Shown: positions 19,851 to 30,945 of the stretch, one piece after another
Position numbering within the stretch: the stretch's first letter is position 1
Layout: each line of letters opens with the position of its first letter
Source: a virus
Lineage: Duplodnaviria; Caudoviricetes
IMG/VR virus record: IMGVR_UViG_3300027627_000003
Span: 24,926-88,925 of that record
Length of the DNA: 64,000 nt
Direction: 5' to 3' (one strand)
The notes under the pieces: model-generated
The model's input: the letters and a program-made list of their open reading frames with translations, nothing else
What the model was told of the DNA's origin: nothing
Database searches by the model: none
Translations under genes and position numbers: made by a program

Positions 19851-21572
19851 ATGTCTTATATATCAGATACACTTCAACCTGCTCGTTTTGGCGAAATATA
19901 CAGCTTATTTAATACACGCCTTGACGGTGAAGTGAAGTGGAATTCCACAGCTAAGACTTTGCAAACTCGCGGATTAAAAATCTTTACCACACCAATAACA
20001 GGTGGTGGGCAAGCAATAACTCTTATCCCCGATGGCTTATACCCAATGACATCGTTGGGTTCTGCCCTTTGGATAAAACTAACCAGATATAGTGGTTCAG
20101 CTACCGCCTTGCCTGTTCCTTACGATAGTTCTCAGCCTACACCATCACAAGACTGGATTGAGTTAGCTTATAGAAGTGACACAAATATCATAAATTTATT
20201 TGGTGGTTCTATAGCAGGTAACGGAGCTTTTTCCCGACCTGGAACCTCTCGTGGTGGGGGATTATATGATGCCATTGTTGGACCTGTAAGCAATCCCGTT
20301 GCCACACATACCAGTATTCAAACCGCTATTGATGATTGCCTAGACGGTAATAGGATTTTAATCCTACAGGGTACATATAATATAGCATCACCTGGAAATG
20401 CAGGATTGGACGCTAACAGTGCTTTGGCTTGGAGCGGAAAAACACTCTCCATCGAAGGTCAAGGCTATGGCACCGTAATAGTAAATACAGGCACTTTAAC
20501 TACAGCCTTTTTTATAAAAGCCGATGCTACTAGCAAAGGCACAGGATCTCAAATAAAAAATTTGAAAATTCAGACTTTCAGTAAGTCTGCAGCTTTCAAT
20601 GGTAGTCTTGGTGCTATTAACGATTGTAGCGTAGACTTATACCATTATACGGCTACTTATACCGCGCCAACAATCACAGGTTCTGGAGATGAAAACTTTG
20701 TAAAAGAATGGGTTATGCCATCTTACAAAATTATTGAAAATCGTGTCAGAAGCGGTGGTCTACAAACTGTAACAAAAGAAAATGCATTAACTACTATGAC
20801 AGGAACAGTAAAGCTGACATCGCTTACCGCAAGTCAAGCCGTAGTGACCGATGCAAGCCAGCAATTAGCTAGTTTAGCTTATAGTACTGCTACTACAGGC
20901 TCAACTTTAGTACAAAGGACATCTGGTGGATATATTAATGCTACATATTTTAATGCTTCTGCAGACGAAGTGTCTAGTGGTGTTACAAGAGTAGCTGTTG
21001 AAACAGGGAGCGATAACTACTATCGGTGGGGTACTAACGCATCAATAGCAAGTTTTTTAGCTAACACAAACATGACTTTAAATCAATTAACCTGCTCTAC
21101 TTTTAAATCTTCAAGTGATAGTTTTTCATTCCAAACTTTAAGTAACAGCATATCTTATCGTTTTTGGTACGGTGCTGTAAGTGCAACGAACGCAGGTCCT
21201 AATTCGGGATGTGCTGTTGGTTTAGGTATTAGAGATGCCTGTGTTCCTCAATCCACAAGTGTGACTTGGACAACACCGCCTAATCCAACACGTACAGCTT
21301 ATTACAGCCCAGTTTTTATTGATTATCAAATAGGACCACATACAAACACAATAAATCCTGATGATTATGACAGCCGTATTAATTTAGCACAGGACCAAGC
21401 CGCTTTGAATATTTGTGTTATGAACGATACAACTGGTAAACTAGTTAGGATACTAAGTTATAAAATTAATTTATTTGGACTTTTAGGTGGCGGCGGACTT
21501 GGTTTTAGCCAAGGTGCCGATGCTCCCATAGTAGGCGTAGGTCCAAGAGTGTATAATCTGAGTCCAAGTTAA
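19851..21572 (+). CDS. virion fibre/tailspike-like protein
   Basis: 573 aa, Ser/Thr/Gly-rich; SIQTAID...ILILQGTY start of a beta-helix-like domain; TLVQRTS.G.I.A fibre motif. Confidence 0.6.
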   Translation: MSYISDTLQPARFGEIYSLFNTRLDGEVKWNSTAKTLQTRGLKIFTTPITGGGQAITLIPDGLYPMTSLGSALWIKLTRYSGSATALPVPYDSSQPTPSQDWIELAYRSDTNIINLFGGSIAGNGAFSRPGTSRGGGLYDAIVGPVSNPVATHTSIQTAIDDCLDGNRILILQGTYNIASPGNAGLDANSALAWSGKTLSIEGQGYGTVIVNTGTLTTAFFIKADATSKGTGSQIKNLKIQTFSKSAAFNGSLGAINDCSVDLYHYTATYTAPTITGSGDENFVKEWVMPSYKIIENRVRSGGLQTVTKENALTTMTGTVKLTSLTASQAVVTDASQQLASLAYSTATTGSTLVQRTSGGYINATYFNASADEVSSGVTRVAVETGSDNYYRWGTNASIASFLANTNMTLNQLTCSTFKSSSDSFSFQTLSNSISYRFWYGAVSATNAGPNSGCAVGLGIRDACVPQSTSVTWTTPPNPTRTAYYSPVFIDYQIGPHTNTINPDDYDSRINLAQDQAALNICVMNDTTGKLVRILSYKINLFGLLGGGGLGFSQGADAPIVGVGPRVYNLSPS

Positions 21573-21590
21573 AAACAAAGGATTCGGTCT

Positions 21591-22772
21591 TCACAAAGAG
21601 TTAATCGACTTAACTATTATTGAATTCGAGAAGGTATTCGTCTTACCAGTATTTGTGTCGTAGCTTGCAACTACTGCATTGCCTTTTTCATCTTCGGCTG
21701 AGTACATGATGTAAGGACCACTCACATCTAAAGCAGTAATATTTAAATTTTGCACAATTAACGATACATCGTATCCGCCATCCTTATTAGCCTCTGCCAA
21801 ATAAATTTTGTTTAAACCTTTGAATGCGAATTTTTTATTATTTAAAACAAACATCTGATCGGAAAGATCTGTTTGGAAAGGTCTTAAATCAAGTAAGCTA
21901 GATACTTCTAAGCCATTAATTGCTATAAGTTGGCGGTAAACATTACCACCTTCATCATAGGTGAGTTGGGTTGAAATAAGTTGATTGTCGTCTCTTTCTA
22001 CACCTTTTCTGATGGCATCTACGGTAACTTTTGTATCTGTTTTAACTAAACTGCCATCATTCATGTCCAATATGAATTGACCTAGATTACTAATTAAAAT
22101 TTGTGTTGATGTGATCGATGCGATATCAGTAGCCGATATATTTCTTCTTATGTCGAGTACCGTATGGAAAATTTGATTGGTGGTATTATTGTAAATAACC
22201 AAGCAATCTTTAGATAAAGTAGTATAATCAGCATTTGGAATAGACGTTTTAACAACGGACATTGTTTTATCTTTAGGGTGATAAACAGTTAAGTCTCTTT
22301 CTTTAGCTTCGTACCTTGGTTTAAAATATAAATCACCGAGTGAATTCTCCCCAAGAAAATTATTACCTTCTAAACCCTTAAGTAAGTCGGGAGTGTTTTG
22401 ATTTTTAGGGAGCCAGTAAACCAGAAACTCTGAAAGCAACAGGTCCCTTCCCGTTTCTTGTTTGAATTCAACTAAAGATCCCGTTTTTGCTTTTATAGAG
22501 CGATAAAAATTATAGCCTTTAGGCGTATTTAGTACACTAAAAGAGCCATCTTTCTTAATCGCATAACTGTCGTTTACATTATCAGTAAGAGATAATGTCA
22601 TTGTTGTTTTAGCTAAAGCAACAATATCTGTAAAATCTAGACGATAATCGTCAGATTGGGGATCGATGTTTTTGAGTGTGGTAGTAGCAGAGGTTTGTTT
22701 TGATGCACTATCTTTATGCTCTGCCGCACTTCCACATGACACTAAAAGAAATACAAAAAATAACTTTTTCAT
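21591..22772 (-). CDS. predicted lipoprotein
   Basis: MKKLFFVFLLVSC lipobox; beta-rich body. Confidence 0.7.
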   Translation of the reverse strand: MKKLFFVFLLVSCGSAAEHKDSASKQTSATTTLKNIDPQSDDYRLDFTDIVALAKTTMTLSLTDNVNDSYAIKKDGSFSVLNTPKGYNFYRSIKAKTGSLVEFKQETGRDLLLSEFLVYWLPKNQNTPDLLKGLEGNNFLGENSLGDLYFKPRYEAKERDLTVYHPKDKTMSVVKTSIPNADYTTLSKDCLVIYNNTTNQIFHTVLDIRRNISATDIASITSTQILISNLGQFILDMNDGSLVKTDTKVTVDAIRKGVERDDNQLISTQLTYDEGGNVYRQLIAINGLEVSSLLDLRPFQTDLSDQMFVLNNKKFAFKGLNKIYLAEANKDGGYDVSLIVQNLNITALDVSGPYIMYSAEDEKGNAVVASYDTNTGKTNTFSNSIIVKSINSL

Positions 22773-22793
22773 AGCTGCCCTCCTGTTAATTAC

Positions 22794-22820
22794 TTATCGG
22801 TATTTATTTTTAATACTTTA
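22794..22820 (-). promoter_or_regulatory. sigma-28/FliA-type promoter
   Basis: TAAAGTAT-N11-ACCGATAA. Confidence 0.7.
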
Positions 22821-22932
22821 GAATAAAAGTATTAACATGTTGATTTTAATGAAAAAATTAAATTTTAATTTTTTTACTAGGTTTGAATCAGGTATAAGCT
22901 ATGGAAATGTGTAATGATTGGGCGATTAGCAA

Positions 22933-23802
22933 GTGGAAGTAGTTGAAAAAACTAAAGAATGTAGATTCCCCGACTGTGAAGATACAAAGATCAGGGCGGG
23001 GGGTTTTTGCAGTAAGCACTACATGAGATACCGTAAGGGCATAATATCTTTGGATTGCAGGGTACTTAAGACTAAATACCCCTGCCTGCGCGAGGGTTGT
23101 AAAGCAAGACTAAACGAGCCAGATACTTACTGTTCTGACCATAGAAGGCATAAGACTGGATTGTGCCGCCTGTGCTCTAACACTAAACTGATACACCATG
23201 GTCTTTGCACCACTCATTATAGTCGCTATAGAAAAGGGTATATAGATAAGAACGGAGTAGAATTAAAGCCTTTACTAAAGAGGCGGTACAAGCCCAACGA
23301 ACAATGTCGAATAAAAGGTTGTAGCACTAAGCCTCGTGGTCGCGGATTATGTCGTCGCCATTCTGATCATTTCCGTTGGGGGATGATCGATGAAATAGGC
23401 AGAAGGCTAAAAGACTTCCGCTATCAGAATAGGAATAAGGTCTGCAAAGCTCCAAAGTGCGATCAGCCAGCATCTAAACGTGAATATTGCCGAAAACATT
23501 ATGATCGTTGGAATAATGGCTATTTAAACATTGAGGATAGTCCGAGATATCGCAAAAACCATGGTCACGGTAGCTGTTGTGTTAAAAACTGTGGACAACT
23601 TAGTGTCCGCGAATCCTACTGCAAAAAACATTATATAATAATAACTGAAATGAAGCTTAATGCACTTAAAAAACCAGCGCATGAGTACGAGAAAAACCAA
23701 AAAATATGCATAATTAAAGACTGTAATAAATTAGTACACGCTAAAAAATTATGCAGTAGCTGCTATAACCTTTGGAGGCGAAGAATATTAGCTCTCAAGT
23801 AA
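22933..23802 (+). CDS. protein with 7 tandem Cys/His Zn-binding modules
   Basis: Repeated C-x2-4-C...[GY][LFY]C-x2-H motif. Confidence 0.75.
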   Translation: MEVVEKTKECRFPDCEDTKIRAGGFCSKHYMRYRKGIISLDCRVLKTKYPCLREGCKARLNEPDTYCSDHRRHKTGLCRLCSNTKLIHHGLCTTHYSRYRKGYIDKNGVELKPLLKRRYKPNEQCRIKGCSTKPRGRGLCRRHSDHFRWGMIDEIGRRLKDFRYQNRNKVCKAPKCDQPASKREYCRKHYDRWNNGYLNIEDSPRYRKNHGHGSCCVKNCGQLSVRESYCKKHYIIITEMKLNALKKPAHEYEKNQKICIIKDCNKLVHAKKLCSSCYNLWRRRILALK

Positions 23803-24368
23803 AAATTTGTCGATTTCCAGAGTGCCCTTCAAAAATTATTCGCGGCAAAGGACTTTGCCAAAAACATCGTATATGGCTCAAAAAAGGCTATATAGACGAA
23901 AAATGTACAATAATAAAACCACCACGCACAAGAATCATCTATTCACCTGATGATAAATGTAAAATAGCGGGGTGTGATAAAAAACCACGCGGTCATTGGC
24001 GCTGCTATTATCACGAACATTCCTATAGGGTAGGAAGACATGATGAATTAGGCAAGCCAACTAAAAAAGTAAAAAAATGCAAAGTATGCGACAATACAAA
24101 AAATATTGTTAAAGGTTTTTGTCAAGCGCACTACATGCAAATGCGAAAAGGTGTCATTGATCAGGACGGCAATGAAATACGCGAGATTAGGCGGTCCTAC
24201 GCAAAAATTAACTTTTGCCGATTTAAAGGCTGTACACTCAAACCACGTGCGAAAGGCTTTTGTAAAAAGCATCATTCTAGATATCTACGCGGAACCATGA
24301 ATTTATCCGGTGTACGAATTAAAAAGCCAAAAATAACAAAACCTCCCATAATAAGACCAACAATTTAA
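23772..24368 (+). CDS. protein with 4 tandem Cys/His Zn-binding modules, paralogue of the previous gene
   Basis: CRFPEC..GLCQKH, CKIAGC..CYYH, CKVC..GFCQAHY and CRFKGC..GFCKKH. Confidence 0.75.
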   Translation: MEAKNISSQVKICRFPECPSKIIRGKGLCQKHRIWLKKGYIDEKCTIIKPPRTRIIYSPDDKCKIAGCDKKPRGHWRCYYHEHSYRVGRHDELGKPTKKVKKCKVCDNTKNIVKGFCQAHYMQMRKGVIDQDGNEIREIRRSYAKINFCRFKGCTLKPRAKGFCKKHHSRYLRGTMNLSGVRIKKPKITKPPIIRPTI

Positions 24369-24387
24369 ATAGGTTATAAAATAAAAC

Positions 24388-24414
24388 TAAAGGTTTTAAA
24401 ACCCCTACCGATAA
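24388..24414 (+). promoter_or_regulatory. sigma-28/FliA-type promoter
   Basis: TAAAGGTT-N11-ACCGATAA. Confidence 0.7.
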
Positions 24415-24445
24415 GTTGTTTATAACAACACACAGGGGTTTTATT

Positions 24446-25270
24446 ATGGGACGCAAAAAAGGTGATAAAGGCGATAAAGAACAACAAGTAGTAGCACCAC
24501 AAACTAATAACAATGATGATTTTTTCTCGGTGGACGCGGTATTAAATTCTAGCTCCTCGGCTGAAAAAAAATCCAAATCGAAAAAAGACGTTCGCCAAAT
24601 TCCGGCGCATCTTAAGACAGAGCTGAAATTATCGGTTGCCGGAAAACGCATTATTAAAGCAGTTGAGAAAAAATGCGATCTAGCTACAAACCGGATTAAA
24701 GATTTCTTTGTTAAAGAGTGGGCAGCTAAATTTGTTCGGACAGGTCAACTACCCTCGTCAGTACTATATGCCGATGCAAATACAAGCATCGATTTCGTGC
24801 CAACCAAAAGAATTTATATCAAACCTGAAACTGTAGAAATGCTTAAAAGCATGAATGTTGCGATTTCTGACCACCTCGAAGTTGGCGAAATTTCACTGGA
24901 TTTCGCTGCCCTTAAAGAGCACGGCTTAGTACAGGCAGCGCAACAGGCGCTGAAAAATATCCCTGGTATGACACCTGAAATTTTGAATCGAGTTGTTAAA
25001 CGCCAACTGACCGCCAAAGAGACGTTGTACCCTAGTCTGGCTACGCTGGCAAAAAACTCACTACCTGCTGGCGCAAGCGAGAGTGACCTGATTGAGAGAA
25101 TGGTACAGGTGACGCAAATCGTTAATCCTGTCGCTAATCTGACAAACCCAACTGACACTGATTCACTTGGCGAAGCCATTGATTTTGTTGCCCAAACAGA
25201 ATTGCTACCTACTCCAGACGAGGAGCAAAAATTAGCAGCTAAGAAAAAATGGGGGGAGACGACTAATTGA
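24446..25270 (+). CDS. hypothetical protein
   Basis: Start moved to ATG 24446 (MGRKKG) after GGGG RBS; coupled to the ligase-like gene. Confidence 0.65.
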   Translation: MGRKKGDKGDKEQQVVAPQTNNNDDFFSVDAVLNSSSSAEKKSKSKKDVRQIPAHLKTELKLSVAGKRIIKAVEKKCDLATNRIKDFFVKEWAAKFVRTGQLPSSVLYADANTSIDFVPTKRIYIKPETVEMLKSMNVAISDHLEVGEISLDFAALKEHGLVQAAQQALKNIPGMTPEILNRVVKRQLTAKETLYPSLATLAKNSLPAGASESDLIERMVQVTQIVNPVANLTNPTDTDSLGEAIDFVAQTELLPTPDEEQKLAAKKKWGETTN

Positions 25271-25917
25271 AAACTGCTTATACAAACAAATTTGTGATGT
25301 ACCCACCTAGACCCAATGGATCTATCGTACCGGATACACTCGATAAATATCCTGGCTGGTGGGGACAACGCAAATGGAATGGGACTAGAAACCTATTAAT
25401 AGTCCTGCCCGATGGCTCGTATGAGCTATGGAATAGGCACCGCGAGCAGCATAAGCAATATAAAGTCACGTCCATGATGGACAAGTCTATAAAAGAAATG
25501 ATTAGTAAGCTAAAAAAAGGTGTTTTTCATGTTTTTGATGGCGAATTAATGGACGCCAAAACAAAAACACTCAAAGACCGTATCGTAATGTATGACGTGC
25601 TAGTTTATGAGGGATTTTACCTACTTGGGACTACTTACCGCGAACGCTACAAGATATTAATGGATATATTAGGCACTAATGAACACGAGAATGAAACAGG
25701 GCATAAACTCGCTTTTAAATTTAATGAAAATATTTGGCTCTCTGAAGTTTTTGAACGTGACTTGCCCAAACGCTTTGATGAAGCAATGAAATTAGACGTA
25801 ATCGAAGGGCTTGTGCTCAAAGATCCCAATGGGAAATTAGAATTTGGTATACGCGAAAAAAATAATGGTTCATGGCTAATTCGCGTCAGAAAGCCTCATA
25901 AAAATTATGCTTGGTGA
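25267..25917 (+). CDS. ATP-dependent ligase adenylation domain (no OB-fold)
   Basis: Motif I RKWNG, III VFDGEL, IIIa MYDVL, IV EGLVLK and V W.IRVRK. Confidence 0.75.
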   Translation: MKTAYTNKFVMYPPRPNGSIVPDTLDKYPGWWGQRKWNGTRNLLIVLPDGSYELWNRHREQHKQYKVTSMMDKSIKEMISKLKKGVFHVFDGELMDAKTKTLKDRIVMYDVLVYEGFYLLGTTYRERYKILMDILGTNEHENETGHKLAFKFNENIWLSEVFERDLPKRFDEAMKLDVIEGLVLKDPNGKLEFGIREKNNGSWLIRVRKPHKNYAW

Positions 25918-25930
25918 CGCTAAATAAAAT

Positions 25931-25957
25931 TAAAGTATTTTTATTATATGACGATAA
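25931..25957 (+). promoter_or_regulatory. sigma-28/FliA-type promoter
   Basis: TAAAGTAT-N11-GACGATAA. Confidence 0.65.
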
Positions 25958-25991
25958 GTGTTTACAAACATAATTTAACAAGGATTATATT

Positions 25992-26258
25992 ATGAATAAC
26001 ACTGTAATCAACATGAAAATACATAAAAGCCTACTTAATAAAAATGTAGAAAAGAAATTACACGGTGTAGTAATTGACTTAGTAACGAATGGCTTTCCAG
26101 AGGGATGTACAGAAGATCTTACGCTTTGGGACGAGGCTTACAGGTCTTTATACGACTATTATTTATCAACAGAAGAAATGCCTTACGGTGTGGCGCGGGC
26201 GCGTACAGGCGATCCTGAGCAGTGGATTTTAGACACGCTACGTGCTGAGTGGGGTTAA
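25992..26258 (+). CDS. hypothetical protein
   Basis: 88 aa; AAGGA RBS. Confidence 0.6.
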   Translation: MNNTVINMKIHKSLLNKNVEKKLHGVVIDLVTNGFPEGCTEDLTLWDEAYRSLYDYYLSTEEMPYGVARARTGDPEQWILDTLRAEWG

Positions 26259-26493
26259 ATTTAAGATTTCTGGATCTGTCGTTCCTTTTGTTGGCGGTAA
26301 AAGATACTTAAGTAACGGCGATCCAGGTTATCCTGATGAAGGAGGGTTTGTAGAAGACCTTACTGTAAAGCTGGTGAAACCAAATAAAAAGACGCAGAAG
26401 GAAGAAACCATAGATATAACTGATTTTCTCTCCGAATCCATGTTAGACGACCTTCATAACTATATGCTTAACTACCACAGTGACAGAGACTAA
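26242..26493 (+). CDS. hypothetical protein
   Basis: 83 aa; GDPGYPDEGG motif, similar to ORF 47615-47914. Confidence 0.55.
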   Translation: MLSGVKFKISGSVVPFVGGKRYLSNGDPGYPDEGGFVEDLTVKLVKPNKKTQKEETIDITDFLSESMLDDLHNYMLNYHSDRD

Positions 26494-26560
26494 ATATGAC
26501 AATAAAAATTTATAGCGGTTCTGAACTCACTGCGAAATGTGCCCTGCGAAGTAATTAGGA

Positions 26561-29500
26561 TTAATTTAGAAGATCTAATACTTTGTAATAAACTCGTACA
26601 GGGTAGGTAGTGTCTGTACTGAACAATTCGTATTTTTTTACTCTAATGCTAAAATCACCCGAGACATAAGCAATATAGGGAGTTCCAGAACTGTCAAAAG
26701 CAATCGACTGACTATTAACAGTTACAGTAAAATAACCTAAATTGCTCCACAAATTACCATCGAATTTTTTTATACGGAAACTTACATCAGTATAAATGAT
26801 GTAAGGATTTCCAGAATTTAAAGCAATGGAAATATTACTATATACATTCGTAAAAAGACCTATCTCCGTCCAAAAACCACCCTCTAATTTTTTTACAGAT
26901 GCAGTATTACTTAAATTATTTGGTTTATAAGCTATATATGGGATAGAACCGTCTAAAGCAAGGGAAACAGCATAGGAAGTATCACTAAAAGAAGAATCTA
27001 CGTCCGTCCAAAAATCATCCTCTAATTTTTTTATATTCACATTATAACCATTGTCATTAACATAAGCTATATAAGGAATATTATTACTGTCTATAACTAT
27101 TGAAATCTTACCTTGATAGGGAGTAACATCAAGGTTCGGATCTACCTGCGTCCAAACACCTGAACCCAAACTATCTTTTTTTACAATCAACTTATTACTA
27201 TTATTACTATCTGAATAAGCTATATAAGGTTTATCAGTACTGTCTAAAGCAATAGAAACAGAATAACCTGTAGAGTCGCCAATATTACCTCCGTCCGTCC
27301 AATCAGAACCATCGAATTTTTTTACAGTTACAACAGTACTAGGAGAATAGGCGATATAAGGATTACCAGAACTGTCTAAAGCAATAGAAACAGAATTATT
27401 TGAAGTCTCAGTAAGAGATCCTACGTCCGTCCAAACACCACTATCTAATTTTTTTACAATCACATTATTATTTAACTGATCAGTATAGGCGATATAAATA
27501 TTTCCAGAACTGTCTGAAGCAATCGAAACAGGATAATTTGAGAAATCACTAAGAGAAGCTGGATCCACCCAACCGTTAGTATCTAAGGTGGCGGTTATAC
27601 TATTTTTATAAACAGTACCGTAGACACCAGTATCTATGATCATCATTTGATCTGAAGTAGCTAGCACTAAAGAATCCGGTGCTTGTGTTTCACCTACAGT
27701 CAACGAACCCGCTATGAGAGGATTGGAGCCTACAGTGGCAGCAGCATCCATTTGGGTGACACGGTAATATTTACCTGCGGGGGGGGAAGGTAATACTTCC
27801 ACTGATCCAGCCATAGCCAGTAGGGCATCAGCAAATGCTTCTTGATTTTGAACAGACCAGCTCAAACCCCCCGAACCATTATTTACTAGGACAGTATTTG
27901 CGCTAGAGGCTTGAACACTAGGAAAGCTATACGACACGTTATTTATTTTTATTAAATTGCCGTTGCCGTCTACTTGAAATTTATTTCCAAGCCCAGATCC
28001 TACCGATAATAAGGCGGTCGGTATAACATTTCCGATTGCTACATAACCATTCTGGTCAATCATTATACGCTGTTTAGGAATAATCGTTGTATTGTCTGTA
28101 GTGTAAAACGATAGTCTTGTACCTTGTGCGCTACTGGTCCACGTTTCGGTTGCTGTACCATTAATTGAAGCACGGCTGTCTGTAGAATAAGCACCGCCGC
28201 TGTGGTAACCCCACATTTTTAAAGCACCAAGATTGTCATAAAGCTGTACGCCTGAAGGTACAGATTGCGTACCCCGCGCTTTACGCATATTTATCTGAGC
28301 AGCGTTATTTTGATTAGAAAACTGATCCGATATAAAACCTCTAACAGTACCAATAGCTCCCGATGAAGCCACCCGCACGCCATTAGTGGCATCAATAAAT
28401 AACGATTCAGAACCTGAAATCGTAACTGACCCATGACTAGAATCGGTAGTTATAGTTGCTGAATTGTTATACGCATCTTGTAATGAGGCAGATGGACCAG
28501 TAGGACCTGTAAAGCCTTGCGTACCTTGCGGACCTGTGGGACCTGTAAATCCTTGGTCGCCTTGCGGACCTGTGGGACCTGTAAAGCCTTGAGGACCTGT
28601 AGGACCTGTGGGACCTGTAAAGCCTTGAGGACCTATAGGACCGATAGGACCTATGTCACCTTGGGCACCTTGACCTGTAGGACCTGTAAATCCTTGGTCG
28701 CCTTGCGGACCTGTGGGACCTGTAAATCCTTGGTCGCCTTGCGGACCTGTGGGACCTGTAAATCCTTGTGTACCTTGAGGACCTGTAGGACCTGTATCAG
28801 GACTTACAGCCCACGTTAAATTACCTAAGCCATCATTCTTTAAAACTGTGTTTACGCCGCCTTGAGTAGGTGTCCAATTATATTGGACATTACGGATACG
28901 GCTTATATTACCTGTATTTTCAACACGAAAAGCACTATTAGCGCCTACGCTTAAAAGTGATTGTGGGTTAATAACACCCACACCTACATTTCCTGATTGA
29001 TCTATTCGCAATCTTTCTTCGGGCGCTATAGTGCCGCTATTTGTTGTATGAAAACTTAAATAGGTTCCTTGTGCGCTGGATGACCAATTCTCGGAGGCAA
29101 TAGCCTGCATCATTGCGCGGGCAGAGGTAGTATAAACACTGCCATCATAACCTAAAAATTGTATAACACCTAAAACATCACTAACGGACACTGCGCTGCG
29201 CTGTGCTGTAGATCCACGCGACTTCCTTAAACTTAAGGACGCGCCTTTGTTGTCGGCTGATATTTGGTCAGTAGTGATACCTCTAATATTTCCTGATTCA
29301 ATCGATAATACATGCAATTCTGTTTCAGGACTGTCAGTACCCACACCTAATTGACTATATTGCTCATCAAAATATAATTTATCGCTTTGAGATAATAAGC
29401 CCTGACTACTCACATACAGGACGCTGCCAGCATTCCCACCAGTGACCAAACCACCTACCGTGACCGTAGCCGCTGGAGGAGGAGGCACTGGAGGTGGTGG

Positions 29501-29683
29501 TGCCGGAGGGTTTATTTCTATTTCCCAAGTATTTGCTTTAAGCGGGGGGGATATTAAGGCGTACTCCTCATCAGTTAAGATGAGGTAATTAAGCACTGCG
29601 ACTAAATAATTATACGTCTGAGTAGGTCTTACAACGGTGACCGTTTGTGTGATAGCCGATATATTTCTAAGTCTTGCGCTCAT
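26561..29683 (-). CDS. tail/head fibre protein: beta-sandwich repeats, collagen-like segment and C-terminal beta-propeller
   Basis: 1040 aa; GIGTxxP-type shaft repeats, Gly-X-Y run, and repeated SIALDS.G.PYIAY...VKK propeller blades. Confidence 0.8.
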   Translation of the reverse strand: MSARLRNISAITQTVTVVRPTQTYNYLVAVLNYLILTDEEYALISPPLKANTWEIEINPPAPPPPVPPPPAATVTVGGLVTGGNAGSVLYVSSQGLLSQSDKLYFDEQYSQLGVGTDSPETELHVLSIESGNIRGITTDQISADNKGASLSLRKSRGSTAQRSAVSVSDVLGVIQFLGYDGSVYTTSARAMMQAIASENWSSSAQGTYLSFHTTNSGTIAPEERLRIDQSGNVGVGVINPQSLLSVGANSAFRVENTGNISRIRNVQYNWTPTQGGVNTVLKNDGLGNLTWAVSPDTGPTGPQGTQGFTGPTGPQGDQGFTGPTGPQGDQGFTGPTGQGAQGDIGPIGPIGPQGFTGPTGPTGPQGFTGPTGPQGDQGFTGPTGPQGTQGFTGPTGPSASLQDAYNNSATITTDSSHGSVTISGSESLFIDATNGVRVASSGAIGTVRGFISDQFSNQNNAAQINMRKARGTQSVPSGVQLYDNLGALKMWGYHSGGAYSTDSRASINGTATETWTSSAQGTRLSFYTTDNTTIIPKQRIMIDQNGYVAIGNVIPTALLSVGSGLGNKFQVDGNGNLIKINNVSYSFPSVQASSANTVLVNNGSGGLSWSVQNQEAFADALLAMAGSVEVLPSPPAGKYYRVTQMDAAATVGSNPLIAGSLTVGETQAPDSLVLATSDQMMIIDTGVYGTVYKNSITATLDTNGWVDPASLSDFSNYPVSIASDSSGNIYIAYTDQLNNNVIVKKLDSGVWTDVGSLTETSNNSVSIALDSSGNPYIAYSPSTVVTVKKFDGSDWTDGGNIGDSTGYSVSIALDSTDKPYIAYSDSNNSNKLIVKKDSLGSGVWTQVDPNLDVTPYQGKISIVIDSNNIPYIAYVNDNGYNVNIKKLEDDFWTDVDSSFSDTSYAVSLALDGSIPYIAYKPNNLSNTASVKKLEGGFWTEIGLFTNVYSNISIALNSGNPYIIYTDVSFRIKKFDGNLWSNLGYFTVTVNSQSIAFDSSGTPYIAYVSGDFSIRVKKYELFSTDTTYPVRVYYKVLDLLN
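28490..28795 (-). repeat. collagen-like tandem repeat ([12 protein letters not shown] triplets)
   Basis: 9-nt-based units such as CCTTGCGGACCTGTGGGACCTGTAAA repeated. Confidence 0.9.
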
Positions 29684-29753
29684 TAATCCCCCAGTAGGAA
29701 ATTAATCTTAATGAGGTATATTAATTCCTTAATATTTTTTCACTTATTTAACA

Positions 29754-29960
29754 TTAGTTAAACCAAAACAATTGAATAAGTTGATACACACAAAAACCAG
29801 GCAAAGTTAAAAACAAGGACATTAAGAATGTAAATCCAATCCATTTATACATTTCAAAAGTTCCGGCTTTAGCTTTATTCATCCATGTCGAAAAGCAGTG
29901 GTAAAAAGTCAAACCCCATATCGACATGAATATGTAAAAAAATATTTCAAGAATCTCCAC
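29754..29960 (-). CDS. small membrane protein
   Basis: Two hydrophobic segments. Confidence 0.5.
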   Translation of the reverse strand: MEILEIFFYIFMSIWGLTFYHCFSTWMNKAKAGTFEMYKWIGFTFLMSLFLTLPGFCVYQLIQLFWFN

Positions 29961-30417
29961 GACATGCTCCCATAATATTCTTAATACATTTAACCTTAAC
30001 TAAAGCATTACCCTCCTCATATGGCATATCTAAAAAAGCATGTGCTTCTTTTAAGCTAGGTGGTTTTATTTTAAATTTAGATGCAAAATTACGGCTTAGG
30101 ACGCTCCCTATACTAAAAGGATATCGTACATTATTATCTTCACAAGCAGCTAAAATATATACACTCTCGTAAAAACCCCAACTACAAAAAATTAATTCAT
30201 CAAGACGTTTGTGGAAATTAGTTTTGGAATAAACACTAAGCATATTTAAAGCATCGGCAAAATCTATATTATTTTTAGATGAAATCGTTGTGTGAAATTC
30301 GCCGAGCGTCTCATGCCAGTCTAAAGTGAAAATTCCCGCGATCTCGGATATATTATGATCCGAATCTGCGTTTACCCACAAAGCTAATTTTATAGATTCT
30401 ACGGTGATGATGTCCAT
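29947..30417 (-). CDS. hypothetical protein
   Basis: 156 aa in a coupled operon. Confidence 0.55.
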   Translation of the reverse strand: MDIITVESIKLALWVNADSDHNISEIAGIFTLDWHETLGEFHTTISSKNNIDFADALNMLSVYSKTNFHKRLDELIFCSWGFYESVYILAACEDNNVRYPFSIGSVLSRNFASKFKIKPPSLKEAHAFLDMPYEEGNALVKVKCIKNIMGACRGDS

Positions 30418-30422
30418 TTAAG

Positions 30423-30626
30423 TTACCTAAAAATATCTAGTGAAGTTGTAAAAAAGTAATATTCATAACCATCAACATGTTTTGCTAGGTCTTTTTCTAA
30501 ATAATCCAAACTTGAACTAGTCCAGCTACCAAGACACTCACCCGCTTCAGACCAAACCTCCCCGTGAATAAGCGTATTACCATCAAGACTAAATTGACTG
30601 CTTACTGGAAAACCAAACGCCTTCAC
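30423..30626 (-). CDS. hypothetical protein
   Basis: 67 aa in a coupled operon. Confidence 0.5.
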   Translation of the reverse strand: MKAFGFPVSSQFSLDGNTLIHGEVWSEAGECLGSWTSSSLDYLEKDLAKHVDGYEYYFFTTSLDIFR

Positions 30627-30898
30627 AAGCCAATCTCCTTAGCTACCAAGTCACGCAAGTAGGGCAGAGTTGCTGGATGCGTCTGCACCCTTAAAGCATC
30701 ATTAATAGACTTAACCCAAGCATCGTCAAATTGCTGGCGGGTAATAGTCACCGACGTTTGTTCGATTTCCCAATCGTCGGACAACACATCTCGCGTCGAA
30801 AAGGCATAATGAGAAAAGTCTGGAGCGGTTTCATACCAATGCTTTTCTCCAATACGCCGGTACTTTTTACCGCTTTTAATCGCTTCGATGATGTCCAT
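30623..30898 (-). CDS. hypothetical protein
   Basis: M.IIEAIKSGKK.RR...DVLSDDWEI, a common small phage-protein pattern. Confidence 0.65.
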   Translation of the reverse strand: MDIIEAIKSGKKYRRIGEKHWYETAPDFSHYAFSTRDVLSDDWEIEQTSVTITRQQFDDAWVKSINDALRVQTHPATLPYLRDLVAKEIGL

Positions 30899-30945
30899 GT
30901 TAATGCCCTCAATTTATATCATGATTTTTATGATATCAATTTAGC

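Noticed and set aside
24814-25368. 184-aa minus-strand ORF
   Set aside because: Antisense to two well-supported plus-strand genes; no motifs.
26690-27530. Regularly spaced repeats (ACTGTCTAAAGCAATAGAAACAGA-like) resembling a CRISPR array
   Set aside because: They are degenerate, in-frame beta-propeller blade repeats inside the fibre CDS.
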